Source: Octopus bimaculoides (lineage: Eukaryota). Taken from it: a DNA stretch of 64,000 bases. Below, one piece after another: positions 37,273-50,260 of the stretch. The stretch is from contig NC_068985.1 of NCBI RefSeq assembly GCF_001194135.2, positions 84,337,363-84,401,362 on the forward strand, in the 5' to 3' direction. Below the pieces are notes generated by a model that was not told where the DNA came from, did no database searches, and was given only the letters and a program-made list of their open reading frames with translations. The position numbers and the translations under genes are program-made. Within the stretch, counting starts at the first letter, position 1, and every line of letters begins with the position of its first letter.

Positions 37273-37544
37273 TACATCCTGAGTTCAAATTCTGCTAAGG
37301 TCAACTTTGCCATTTATCCTTTCAGGCTCAATAAAATAAGTTCTGAGTGTCAATGTAATCGACTTACCCCCTCCCACTGAAATTTCTGGCCTTGGGCCAA
37401 TATTTGAAACTATTGTTGTTGTTGTTGTTGTCACTGCTGCTGCTGTGGTTGTTGTTGTTGTCGTCGACCTCATCTGTTATGTTTCCATAAAATTGCTGTT
37501 TCCAAAACAGATCACCATCAGTCTCTTCATTATTATATCACTGT

Positions 37545-37775
37545 TCTTGTTGTTATCATTCTGGGGCTTCAGATTATCCTCGATCAAGCACACCTATGAC
37601 CACAGTTGATTCAAGGCTGTAACCAACCCATCCTTTCATTATTGATACACCAAGATCTACATCGTCCAACATATTCCTCTTTATTTAAGATGACAGTGTG
37701 TAATTTGAGAAAAACAGATTTAGCTAGATTTTCTAGCAAGTTGATTGACTGCCTAGCAGTTCCATCTTTGGCTCC
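37545..37775 (+). mobile_element. SINE-like family E copy
   Basis: gatcaagcacacctatgacc...aaccaaccc...tttaagatgacagtgtgtaatttgag...ttttctagcaagtt. Related pieces at about 12020, 22370, 39715, 40190, 40410, 50725, 51235, 57730 and 61630. Confidence 0.6.
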
Positions 37776-38462
37776 TATTTATCATGAACATGTTTATGCT
37801 TCTTAGCTCAAATTTAACACATAAACCATTAACACAGCATTTCAATGCTCCTATCTACTTGGTCATGCAATATTCTGATGAAGAGAGGGATATTTTACAG
37901 TAATTATAATTTTTTTTTTTTTTTTTTGTGTTTTTTACAGTTTTAATGTTGGCTGACATTTTAGACTTGGAAAGAAACTCATTTTGGTCGGCAGAGGCGA
38001 AAAATATATATGTGTGTGTATCTGTGTTTGTGTGTATGTTATTGTGGGTGTTCACTTGGACTGACGTAGGTGTGGCAGAGTCTTAATTATAATTTTTGAC
38101 CATATCTTATATTATAATTTCACACAAACTGCAGCAACTATGAAATAGCAACAGCAGCAGCAGCAGAAGCAGCAGCAGCAACAGCTAAAGTTACTGCAGC
38201 CTCCAAAAGTATCCTATCACTGATACCATTGCAGTAACTTAACCCACCACNNNNNNNNNNNNNNNNNNNNNNNNNNNNNNNNNNNNNNNNNNNNNNNNNN
38301 NNNNNNNNNNNNNNNNNNNNNNNNNNNNNNNNNNNNNNNNNNNNNNNNNNNNNNNNNNNNNNNNNNNNNNNNNNNNNNNNNNNNNNNNNNNNNNNNNNNN
38401 NNNNNNNNNNNNNNNNNNNNNNNNNNNNNNNNNNNNNNNNNNNNNNNNNNNNNNNNNNNNNN

Positions 38463-38678
38463 GCATCAGCATCAGCACCTAACCTCCACACCCCCCACCC
38501 ATGCATCACCACCAAAGCTCCACTGCTTCCAACACCATGTACCACCACCACCACCACCCCACTCATCAGCGTCACCAATTGCATCAGCATCAGCACCTAA
38601 CCTCCACACCCCCCACCCATGCATCACCACCAAAGCTCCACTGCTTCCAACACCATGTACCACCACCACCACCACCCC
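38463..38678. repeat. 118-bp tandem repeat, at least 1.8 copies, abutting an N gap
   Basis: Unit starting gcatcagcatcagcacctaacc at 38463 and 38581, essentially identical. Confidence 0.95.
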
Positions 38679-40829
38679 ATACCTCCACAAATGCCATACC
38701 TATCTCCACCACTTGTATCACCATCATACCACTACCACCACCACTACCACCAGCGTTATACCACCATCACTGCCACCACACAAACACTACCACAGCCATC
38801 ATACCACTGTTATCTGCATCACTATACCTTCGCCAACTGCATCACCTCCATACAATGCCGTCATCTTCACTCACCACCATGCCGCTACCAAACACCCACT
38901 ACCAGCATATCACCACCTGCTCCACCACCATCACCACCATCAATTATCATCACGAACATTAGCATTGGTATGACCCTAAATGACATCCCTTTTATTACAA
39001 ACAGCATCTCTTTCTGTCACTGCTTCTTCCAAGAAAGCCCCAACAGCACCACAAATACTTGCGCAAACACCACCACCACCACCATTACCTCAACATAAGC
39101 TATTGAGGGAACCTCAAACTGGTCAAGTTACTTACCAGAGATAACAGCCAATTCTCCCTCAAAACTACGCTCCCTGATTCTTTGATTTGAAATTGGGAAG
39201 GGCACATGGGGGAAATAGACTTCGATAGATGATACCTGAAAGTAAGGAGAGAATACCATGGCGCAAATGACTTATGACTTATGACTTCTGCTCAATCGGG
39301 TTTTACCAAAGGTCACACAACAACAACAACAACAATAACATGAGCAGTTCTAACACAGGAACCGTCAATACTACGGGTACTACTATAACACTGTATCGTT
39401 AGCGCTTTGCTCTCACCCTTATTGATGTTTGTTGTTTAATAACTAATATTCGCACAAACAACAACTATAACAGCTACAGCACTAGATCTACTACTACTAC
39501 TGCAGCTACTACTACTTCAGCTACTACTACTGCAGCTGCTACTACTGCAGCTGCTACTACTGCAGCTACTACTACTGCAGCTACTACTACTGCAGCTACT
39601 ACTATTTCTATTACTAACCCTATTATTACTATCACCAGTATTGCTAACAACGCCATCAACACTAACAAAAACAACAGCAACAACTCAAGGGAGAAGTTTC
39701 TTCGATTGGCTTTATGGAAATAGCAGCGCAGTCTCCCTCGAATCACACCTTACAGTTGTTTTCCGTAAAAAAAAAATTGCTGATCACATTAAACAGTGTT
39801 GTCTTAACGAGTCATAAAATTACACAGGATGGTCATATTGGGAATGCCTTTGATCATAGATCTGTTTAATCTGGGCTGACCAAGTGTTAAATACCACCAC
39901 TGCAACCACCACCATCACCACCACCACACCAACAACTTCCTAACCCTTTTTACTACCACTGCCAGCATCACTACCACCACTACCATTATTATCATCATCA
40001 CCACCATCATCATCATCATCATCGTCATTTGGAAAACCACTTTTGTATCATATTTCTAACCAGTTGCTTTGACTGGTTGTGTTGTTAAAATGTCAAGACG
40101 ACTTCGCTTAAAGCAAGACATATAATCGAAAACGTTCCAAAAATGACCATCCCATCATACTTTTATTGTTTTTCTATCTAGGATGAACTATGGACCTCAT
40201 CAACCAATGTGTCCTTTTTATTCTTATGACAGTAAAATGGGAGATTTGAGCAAGATTTAACTGCTATTTCTAGCAGATTGGACGACCACCAAATACGCTT
40301 CTTCTTGTTGGTTGTGACATGGATGTTGTTGTTGTTGTTGGTTGTGGTGGTTGTGGTACCAATGATTATTATTGTTGCTGCCACTGTTGTTGCCATTGTA
40401 CTTATTGCAGTTGTTTAGCTCCTGGTCAGTCCTGATCAAGCAGACCTATGGACAAAGTCGTTTCCAGGCGTGACCATCCCCTCATTTTTGTACATTGTAT
40501 ATGAAGGAAACTACATTGTGGAGAATGTCTCTTTTTATTTATTAAGTTTGTATGTAGTGATTTGAGGGAGGTTTTGGATATTGTTTCTAGCAAGTCAAAT
40601 GACCATGTATAATAAGCTTGCTGTTGTTGCCCGTGATGNNNNNNNNNNNNNNNNNNNNNNNNNNNNNNNNNNNNNNNNNNNGATTATGTTGCCTCTGACT
40701 TACAGGCCTATAATTAATGCATTATGAAGGGGTGTAAATTAGAAGTTAGCAGAGTTTAAAATGAGGAGGGGGAAGAGGAGAGAGATGATATGTGAGAAAT
40801 GGTCAGGAAGAGAGAGAGAGAGAGAGAGA

Positions 40830-41156
40830 GAGTAAAAGTGTGAGGGAGTGAGAGGGAGAGAAGTTTGTATTTGTAGTAGAGAGAGAGAAAGAAAGGGAGA
40901 GAAAACTGCATAGAGAAAGAGAGAAAGCGAGGAAGAAAGAGTAATAATCAGAAAGAGAGAGAGAAAAAGAGCAAAAGTGTGATGGAATGAGAGAGAGAGA
41001 GAGGGGGGAAAGAAGTTTATATTTATGGTAGAGAGAAAGAGAGAGATAACTGCACCAAGAGAGAGAGAAGCAAGGAAGAAAGAGGATGAGAAAGAGAGAG
41101 AGAGAAAGAGCGAAAGTGTGAGAGGGTGAGAGAGAGCAGAAGTTTATATTTGTGGT

Positions 41157-41197
<41 letters not shown>

Positions 41198-41247
41198 ATT
41201 GAAAAAGAGAGAATAAGAGCAAGAAAGGATGAGAAAAAGAGATGAGC

Positions 41248-41260
<13 letters not shown>
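40830..41260. repeat. ~140-bp x3 minisatellite within (GA)n
   Basis: aaagtgtga at about 40834, 40974 and 41113, each followed by agaagttt(a/g)tattt(g/a)t.gta and, further on, (aac/at)tgca. Confidence 0.85.
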
Positions 41261-41281
<21 letters not shown>

Positions 41282-41376
41282 ATAAAGTGTAAAGTTTTCC
41301 TCAGAGAAAAATATAGAGAGTATGATGTTGAGAGAGAAAGTAAAAGAGGAGATATCAAAGGAGAGTGGGGGAGATA

Positions 41377-41421
<45 letters not shown>

Positions 41422-44400
41422 TAAATATTGAAGAGTGATGAAGTATGAAATCATGAGAAGACAAATAAAGAAAGAAGGGGTGGTATCAAAAGAGAGAGAG
41501 ATCGTAAATATTAAAAGAGAGATTTGGTATCAGAACAAGAGAGAAAGATAAATAGATAGAGAGAGGGGGGAGGATGACATCAAAAGAGAAAGTAGGTATC
41601 ATATCGAGAGAGAGAGAAAGGGGGTGATGTCCAAAAAGGAGAGGGGAGATATCAAACAGCGAGTGAGAGGATATTTGTCAGGAGAGAAGAAGGCAAAGGA
41701 CCAAGACAAGCAATGAGAATGTGGCGAAAAAGGGGGTTCCTCCTTTGGTGATTGGTGGTGATTAGTGGTGGTTTTGGTGGCGGCGGTGGTGGTGGTATGA
41801 AGTAGCGATTGGTGATGGTGGTTAATTAGTGATGGTAAGAGTTTTGTGATAGGTCGTGGTAGTTGAATGGCAATAGTAGTAGTAGTAGGAGTTGTTTGAT
41901 TGGTGACGGTAGGAGTTGCAGATTCGGTGGTGGTNNNNNNNNNNNNNNNNNNNNNNNNNNNNNNNNNNNNNNNNNNNNNNNNNNNNNNNNNNNNNNNNNN
42001 NNNNNNNNNNNNNNNNNNNNNNNNNNNNNNNNNNNNNNNNNNNNNNNNNNNNNNNNNNNNNNNNNNNNNNNNNNNNNNNNNNNNNNNNNNNNNNNNNNNN
42101 NNNNNNNNNNNNNNNNNNNNNNNNNNNNNNNNNNNNNNNNNNNNNNNNNNNNNNNNNNNNNNNNNNNNNNNNNNNNNNNNNNNNNNNNNNNNNNNNNNNN
42201 NNNNNNNNNNNNNNNNNNNNNNNNNNNNNNNNNNNNNNNNNNNNNNNNNNNNNNNNNNNNNNNNNNNNNNNNNNNNNNNNNNNNNNNNNNNNNNNNNNNN
42301 NNNNNNNNNNNNNNNNNNNNNNNNNNNNNNNNNNNNNNNNNNNNNNNNNNNNNNNNNNNNNNNNNNNNNNNNNNNNNNNNNNNNNNNNNNNNNNNNNNNN
42401 NNNNNNNNNNNNNNNNNNNNNNNNNNNNNNNNNNNNNNNNNNNNNNNNNNNNNNNNNNNNNNNNNNNNNNNNNNNNNNNNNNNNNNNNNNNNNNNNNNNN
42501 NNNNNNNNNNNNNNNNNNNNNNNNNNNNNNNNNNNNNNNNNNNNNNNNNNNNNNNNNNNNNNNNNNNNNNNNNNNNNNNNNNNNNNNNNNNNNNNNNNNN
42601 NNNNNNNNNNNATAAGGTTAGGGAGCAGTTTGGAATTAGTTAAAAGTTAAGAGTAAAATGCCAATGGATAAAGAGTCTTTTGGTCTTTGTGGTGTCTGGG
42701 AGTGGTGGAAATGGTTTGGGGGGCAAGGAGGAGGAGGAGGAGGAGAAGGATACGGGTGGCGACAATGATTATGATGGTTGCAGTAACAGCAATTGCTATG
42801 TTAATGATGATGACGATGGTGGTGGTGATGGTGGTGACAGCAATGACTGTGGCAACGATGGTGGTGATGATGATGATGATGGTGGTGGTGGTGACAGCAA
42901 TTACTGTGGCAACGATGGTGATGATGATGGTAGTGGTGGTAGTGACAACAGTTATTATGATGATGACGATGATGATGTTTCTGGCATTTGTAGTGATTGC
43001 TGTGTTTGTGATGATGATGGTGATGGCAGTAGTGGTGGTGGTGGTCGTCGTCGTCATGAGAATGATGACACAGCTAATACGGTGATGGAGATGATGATGA
43101 GGAGGAGGAGGAGGATAACGATGGGATGGTGGTGGGGATGGCTACAGTTGTAATGACGATGATGGTGATGATGGATCTGGCATTTGTAACGATGATTGAG
43201 TTTGTAATGATGGTGATGGTGCTGGTGATTGTGGCGGTGGTGGTGATGGTGGTGAGAATGATGACACTGCTAGTATGGTGATGGAGATGATGATGATGAT
43301 AAGGAGGGGTTAGTGGTGGTGGTGGTGGTGGTAGTTATATTTGTGATGATGATGATGATGATGATAACGAGGGGTTAGTGGTGGTGGTGGTGGTGGTTAT
43401 GGTTGTGGTGATGATGATGATGATGACGATGATGATGATGACGACGTTAGTGTGGCAATGGTTTCTGTAATGGTGATGGTGAAGGCAGAGGCTTCAGTGA
43501 TGGGGCCTGGGGGGGGGGTTATGAGTATGGGATGATGTTCATAGTGGTGGTGATAGTTTATAATGGTAACAGTACAGGTGATGGTCGTGGTGTTTATAAT
43601 GGTGGTGGTGGTGTGTGGTAGTGTTTGTGGTTATCATGATAGCAATGATGATGATGCTGGGTGGTTGTATTGGTTGTAGTGGTAGGTGTCTGCGAATGGC
43701 AGAATGGGATAGTGGGGGGGGGTTATGGTGGTGGGGCTTGATGGTTGTGGGAGTGATAGCAGTGACGATGATGAGGACGGAGGTGGTGATGACGATGATG
43801 ATAATGGTGACGATGATGACAGCAGCGGTAGTGGTGGTGGTGGTGATGATGATGATGATGATGATGACAGTGATGGAGATGATGATGATCATCATGATGA
43901 GGGTGGTGTTGGTGGTGTTGATAATGGTGATGATGATGGTGATTGTGATGACAGAGGTGTAGTAATGATTATGGCATTTGCAGTTGTGGCTGTATTGTTT
44001 GCGATGATGATGATGATGATGATGNNNNNNNNNNNNNNNNNNNNNNNNNNNNNNNNNNNNNNNNNNNNNNNNNNNNNNNNNNNNNNNNNNNNNNNNNNNN
44101 NNNNNNNNNNNNNNNNNNNNNNNNNNNNNNNNNNNNNNNNNNNNNNNNNNNNNNNNNNNNNNNNNNNNNNNNNNNNNNNNNNNNNNNNNNNNNNNNNNNN
44201 NNNNNNNNNNNNNNNNNNNNNNNNNNNNNNNNNNNNNNNNNNNNNNNNNNNNNNNNNNNNNNNNNNNNNNNNNNNNNNNNNNNNNNNNNNNNNNNNNNNN
44301 NNNNNNNNNNNNNGTGACGATGATGACAGCAGCGGTAGTGGTGGTGGTGGCGATGCTGAAATATGATATTTGTGATGGTATAGGGTGGTTGTTGTGATGA

Positions 44401-46230
44401 TTTTGGTTGATGATGATGATGCTGTGATGATGATGATTGTGATGATGACGATGATGATGATGTGAAGATGATGATGGTGGTGGTGGTGGTGACGATGATG
44501 ATGATGACGATGATGATGACGATGATGATGATCATTGAGGTGGTGATGGTGGAGGGTTTTGGTGTGGTGTGAGGTCTATGATTTCTCTGGTGTTGACGAC
44601 AGTAAAAATCATAGGGGTGTGGAGAAGGGAGGGGGTGAAATTAGGGGTGGTGGTCATAGTAGGAGTGGTTTTCGTAAAAGTAGTAGTTGTGATGGTGGTA
44701 GTGGTGATGGTGGTGGTGGTGGGGTTGCTATGGGGGGTAGGTTGTGATTTAGTAGTGATTCTTGTGACACCAAGGTGTGGGTGGGACAGTGGTAGCCGCA
44801 TCACCAGGTGATGACGATGATGATGATAATGGTGATGGTGATCATGGTATCTTGGAGGTAGTGTTTGTATATGTGAGTGTAAGCATGTCAAGGTGGTAGT
44901 GGTGGGGGGTGGGTGAAAATTTTGATGGTAACAACAGCAGGAGATGAAGAGAAAGACGGCAGTGGTTTGGAAGGAGGTGTATTTGAGGTAGATGGGAGAG
45001 CAAGACACATGCAAAAGAGATTGGTGAGAAAGGAGAGGGAGAGGGAGAGGGAAGATGGCAGTTGTAGTGATAATGCAATCTTAGTGTAGTTAACTAACTT
45101 ACCAGACCATCACCACCAAAACAAGGTCCCTCCATCCGCCCACCCATCCATCCAGCCACTCACCTACCCATTTAGCCATCCGTCCATCCAACCAGCCAAC
45201 CAACCAACCATCCATCCATCAACCAGCTTTCCTTCCTTCTCTCCTTCTCTCTCTCTCTCTCTCTCTCTCTCCATCCATCCACCCACCACCCATCGGCCCC
45301 ATCCCCCAGTATCATCTACCCACTTATCCATTCAACCAAGCAACCAATCAACCATTCATCCGACCCGACCCCGGACCCATCGTCCCCCCCACACACACAC
45401 CCCGCATCCCCCAACACCACCACCATCAAGATAACCATCGTTACTTTTAGACAGGATCATTTTTCTTAAAGGAGTGAGNNNNNNNNNNNNNNNNNNNNNN
45501 NNNNNNNNNNNNNNNNNNNNNNNNNNNNNNNNNNNNNNNNNNNNNNNNNNNNNNNNNNNNNNNNNNNNNNNNNNNNNNNNNNNNNNNNNNNNNNNNNNNN
45601 NNNNNNNNNNNNNNNNNNNNNNNNNNNNNNNNNNNNNNNNNNNNNNNNNNNNNNNNNNNNNNNNNNNNNNNNNNNNNNNNNNNNNNNNNNNNNNNNNNNN
45701 NNNNNNNNNNNNNNNNNNNNNNNNNNNNNNNNNNNNNNNNNNNNNNNNNNNNNNNNNNNNNNNNNNNNNNNNNNNNNNNNNNNNNNNNNNNNNNNNNNNN
45801 NNNNNNNNNNNNNNNNNNNNNNNNNNNNNNNNNNNNNNNNNNNNNNNNNNNNNNNNNNNNNNNNNNNNNNNNNNNNNNNNNNNNNNNNNNNNNNNNNNNN
45901 NNNNNNNNNNNNNNNNNNNNNNNNNNNNNNNNNNNNNNNNNNNNNNNNNNNNNNNNNNNNNNNNNNNNNNNNNNNNNNNNNNNNNNNNNNNNNNNNNNNN
46001 NNNNNNNNNNNNNNNNNNNNNNNNNNNNNNNNNNNNNNNNNNNNNNNNNNNNNNNNNNNNNNNNNNNNNNNNNNNNNNNNNNNNNNNNNNNNNNNNNNNN
46101 NNNNNNNNNNNNNNNNNNNNNNNNNNNNNNNNNNNNNNNNNNNNNNNNNNNNNNNNNNNNNNNNNNNNNNNNNNNNNNNNNNNNNNNNNNNNNNNNNNNN
46201 NNNNNNNNNNNNNNNNNNNNNNNNNNNNNA

Positions 46231-46790
46231 GTGGTGCTAGTGTTAGTGGTGGGGATATTGGTGCAATGCTATTGGTAGCGGTAGAGGTGGTAGTAGTATT
46301 GGTGGTGGTGGTGTTTTTAGTGTTTGTAATAGTGCTGGTGATGGTGATGGTGGTGTGGGTGGAGGTGGAGTGTAGTGGTGGCTTTGTTAGTGCTGTTGGT
46401 AGTGGTAGAGGTGGTAGTAGTATTGGTGATGGTGCTGGTGTTTTTAGCGTTTGTAGTAGTGCTGGTTGTAGTGTTGTTAGTGGTGATGCTGTTGTTGATG
46501 GGTGGGGATTGGGGGTGTTATTGGTGGTTTTGTTAGTGTTTGTGGTGATGTTGATGTTGGTGCAGTGCTATTGGTAGTGGTAGAGGTGGTTGTAGTATTG
46601 GTGGTGGTGGCGTTGGTGGTGGTGCCTTTAGTGTTTGTAGTAGAGTTGGTGGTGGTTGTGAGGTTACTGGGTTTGGGTAGTGGTGGCCTTGCTACTGTTA
46701 GTGGTGGGGACATTGGTGCAGCGCTCTTGGTAGTGGCAGAGGTGGTGGTGGTGTTAGAAGTGGTGGTATTGGTGCTGTTGGTAATAACAG
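46231..46790. repeat. degenerate ~150-bp repeat, about four units
   Basis: ttggtgca(a/g)tgctattggtag.ggtagaggtggt...(t/c)ttagtgtttgta recurs near 46255, 46555 and 46710, with a partial copy at about 46400. Confidence 0.7.
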
Positions 46791-48238
46791 TGGTGGTGGT
46801 TATGGTTGTGGCATCATGTGGTTATGTAGTACTAGTGTGCATGTGGTCACACAAGAGTGGCGAAGGTGGTCATGGTGGTGGTGACGGTGGTGGTGGTGGT
46901 GCTGGTGGTAGTGGTGAGCGTATAAGTCTTGTAGTTGTGGCAGATCGCCTGCATATGTATGGGTGATTGGACTGTCGGACGGGGGTGGGCTGGAATGGAG
47001 TGGAGTGAAGTGGAGCGGAGTGGAGCATGGTAATTGGTGTTGGTGGTAGCTGCGGTGGTGTTAATGTTAGTCGTGTAGTGTCAGCATTTGTAATAATGGT
47101 GGTGGTGGTAGTGGTGGTGGTGGTGGTGGCAGTGATTTTGTTAATAGTTCTGCTATTAGTCGTGATTGTAGTGGTGATGGTGATAGGGGTGGCATTGTTA
47201 GTGGAAGAGCAAAGGAACTGATTGAAAGATGTTGAAAATGAAATTTTGGGGGAGGTTTTTATTACAGAGGCAGTGTGGTGAGGGTGTGTGTGTGTATATA
47301 TATATATATTTTTTTTTTTTTTCTTATTTTGGAAAATATATTTTAATGGTTTTTTTTCTTTTTTTTTTGTTTAACCTTCATATATATATATATATTTTTT
47401 TGTTTCTTCCATAAAAAAAAAAGTTCCCCTTTTCCTCACTTAAACTTTCCCCCCTTTTAAATGCACGTGCGCTCACGCATACACATGCAAGCACCCACAC
47501 ACAAACACACACCATACCACACAAGCTGTACACATTCTTTTTTGCTTTTTCTTATTGCTTTCTCTTNNNNNNNNNNNNNNNNNNNNNNNNNNNNNNNNNN
47601 NNNNNNNNNNNNNNNNNNNNNNNNNNNNNNNNNNNNNNNNNNNNNNNNNNNNNNNNNNNNNNNNNNNNATATATGTGTGTGCCTTCTATATTTTTTCTGC
47701 TCTTGTTGATGCTATCATCGTCTTTATTATTATTATTATTATTACTTTTTTTTTTTGAAAATTTTTATTTAGCTTTCTTTTTGTCTTTTTAACTGTTTGC
47801 TGAGATTTATAGTTTGATTTTTGTGTTTTTTTTTTCTTTTCTTTCGTTGTTGCTGTTGTTGTTTTATAAAATTTATATTCAGAAAAAAAAGAAAAAATGT
47901 TTTCTTTCTCTTTTTTATAGTGGTCAGTTTTTCACACTTTTCACTGAATTAAAAAAAAATTAATTCTTTGAACCCTCCACTGTAATGCAACTCCATCACA
48001 AACCCGTGCTATAATGAAATTTTTTTGCTTTTTTTTTTTTTTGATATTTTCAAAATTCTTCTGAAGAAAAATTTTAAAACTCTTTCTTTGCGCTTTTTGT
48101 TGTTTTTTTTACCTCTATTTTTCTAGTGTTTTTCTTTTCTTTCTCATCATTTTTTTTTGTCATTTAAATGACAATGAGAAGTTGATTATTTTTTCTATTT
48201 TATTATTGAATTATTATCATTTTTATTAATTATTATTA

Positions 48239-48294
<56 letters not shown>

Positions 48295-49124
48295 AGTCCT
48301 GTTGGTGTTATTGGTATTAGTATTTTTCCTTTTGAACATTTTAAAACTGATTGTTTTTTGTTTCATTTTTTTTTTTATGATTTTTCATTCCTATTTTTTT
48401 TTTTTACCAGATTTGTTATTATTGAATTTTATTACTTAAATTTAAAAAAAAAAAGAATTGTTTTTTAAAAAAAAAATTTCTTTTTGAACCAAATTTTTCT
48501 GGTAATGGAATTCGATATTTTAATGATCAAATAATATTACTGGTACCAACTTAGAGATTGCAGCATTGTTAATAAAGTTAGTCAATCTATGTTGTAGTTA
48601 TTGTTGTTGTCGCTGCTGTTGTTATCATCATTGTCACACCCACTATCATTGTCCCTCCCTTATCTTTGGTTCTGAGTATCTGTGATGTTGATGGTGGTGG
48701 TGATGGTGATGTTGGTAGCATTGATGGTATTGGAGGTGGTGGTGGTGGCTGTGTTGGTGTGTGCGTTGCTGGAGGTGGTGACAGTGGTGATGGTGATGGT
48801 GTTGATGTCAGTGATAGTGGTGGTAGCAGCGGTGATCGTATGGTTGGAGTAGAGGAAGACGTAGTATTGGTAGTTGTGATTGTGGTAGCAAAAATTGTAG
48901 TATTTGTGGTTGCTAGAAACAGAGACAGTTGTGGTAGAGATATTATAGGTTGTTGTGAAAATGGTTGAGGAGATAGTTGTTGTTGACGTTAGAGTTACAA
49001 CAGTGATAATTTTAGAAAGGTTTGTGTTGATGTAGTAGCTGTAAGAATGGTTGTAGAGACAGATGTAGTTGTTACTGTAGTAGTGGTGGTCATAGTGGGA
49101 AAGGATGTAAGGACGACAGAGCTA

Positions 49125-49302
49125 AGGCATGACTGTGTGGCAAGAAGTTTGCTTCCCTACTACATTGTTACGGGTTCATTCCCACTGTGGCACCTTAGTG
49201 TTGGTGGTAGTGGTAGCAGTAGCAGTGGTGGTGATTGTATGGTTGGATTAGAGGCAGACATAGTAATATAAGTTTATTTGGCAGATAGAAACTGAAAGAA
49301 GC

Positions 49303-49348
<46 letters not shown>

Positions 49349-49632
49349 CATACATACATATGTGTGTGTGTCTTTGTNNNNNNNNNNACATACATACATA
49401 TGTGTGTGTGTCTTTGTGTCTGTGTTTGTTCCCCCCCCCTCACCACTTGACAACTGTTGTTGATGTGTTTGCATTCCCATAACATAGCAGTTCGACAAAG
49501 AGAGACTGATAGAATAAGTACCAGACTTAAGAAAATAAGTACTGGGGTCGATTCATTCGACTAAAGATTTACGATGCTGCCCCAGCATGGCCACCGTCTA
49601 ATGACTGAAACAAGTAAAAGATAAAAGATAAA
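49125..49632 (+). mobile_element. SINE family A copy with core partly replaced
   Basis: Head to ggcacctt, about 75 bp of foreign sequence, then atttggcagatagaaactgaaagaagccc, microsatellite and full tail. Confidence 0.85.
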
Positions 49633-49929
49633 GTAATTGTGGGAAGAACTGTGGGGAAAAGTAGCTTTGGTAGTTGTGGGAAGGGTCATGGAGATCTATG
49701 TAGTTAGTGTTGTAATAGCAGTGGTAATCATAGAAAGGCTTGTGGAGAGAAACATAGTTGTTGCTGTTGTGGTAGCAGTAGTAGTGTCAATAGATGTGGG
49801 AAGACTTGTTGGGAAGACTTGATGTGAAGACACAAGCAGTCGTGGTGGCAGTTATGGAGTGGTTGTAGTGACAGAAGTTGCTACTGTGGGAATCGTTGAT
49901 AGTAGATGTAGTGCTGGTAGTTGTGGGAA

Positions 49930-50260
49930 GGGTTTGGCTCAGTGGTTAGAGCATCAGGCTCACATTCATGAGTTAGTGAGTTTGATTCCCAGACTGGGCT
50001 GTGTGTTGTGTTCTTGAGCAAGACACTTTATTTTACATTGCTCCAGTCCACTCAGCTGTAGAAATGAGTTGTGATGTCACTGGTGCCACACTGTATCAGC
50101 CTTTACCTTTTCTTTGGATAACATTGGTGGCATGGAGAGGGGAGGCTGGTATGCATGGGCAGCTGCTGGTCTTCCATAAACAACCTTGCCTGGACTTGTG
50201 CCTCGGAGGGTAACTTTCTGGGTGCAATCCCATAGTTTTCATGACCAAAGGAGGTCTAAA
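49930..50260 (+). mobile_element. tRNA-derived SINE (family D related)
   Basis: tggctcagtggttagagc A box, gagtttgattccc B box, ttgtgttcttgagcaagacacttt block. Confidence 0.8.

Larger units (their letters stand above)
35690..37412 (+). mobile_element. head-to-tail array of five SINE family B copies with nested insertions
   Basis: Units at about 35690, 35910, 36135, 36358 and 36976, each with ttctgagttcaaattctgcc / aataaaataagt / ggccttgtgccaaaatttgaaac; the last is split by an RTE-tail copy. Confidence 0.85.

Noticed and set aside
38463-38678. Repeat-spacer (CRISPR-like) organisation in this and other tandem units
   Set aside because: Units are contiguous tandem copies without unique spacers; eukaryotic context; no cas genes.
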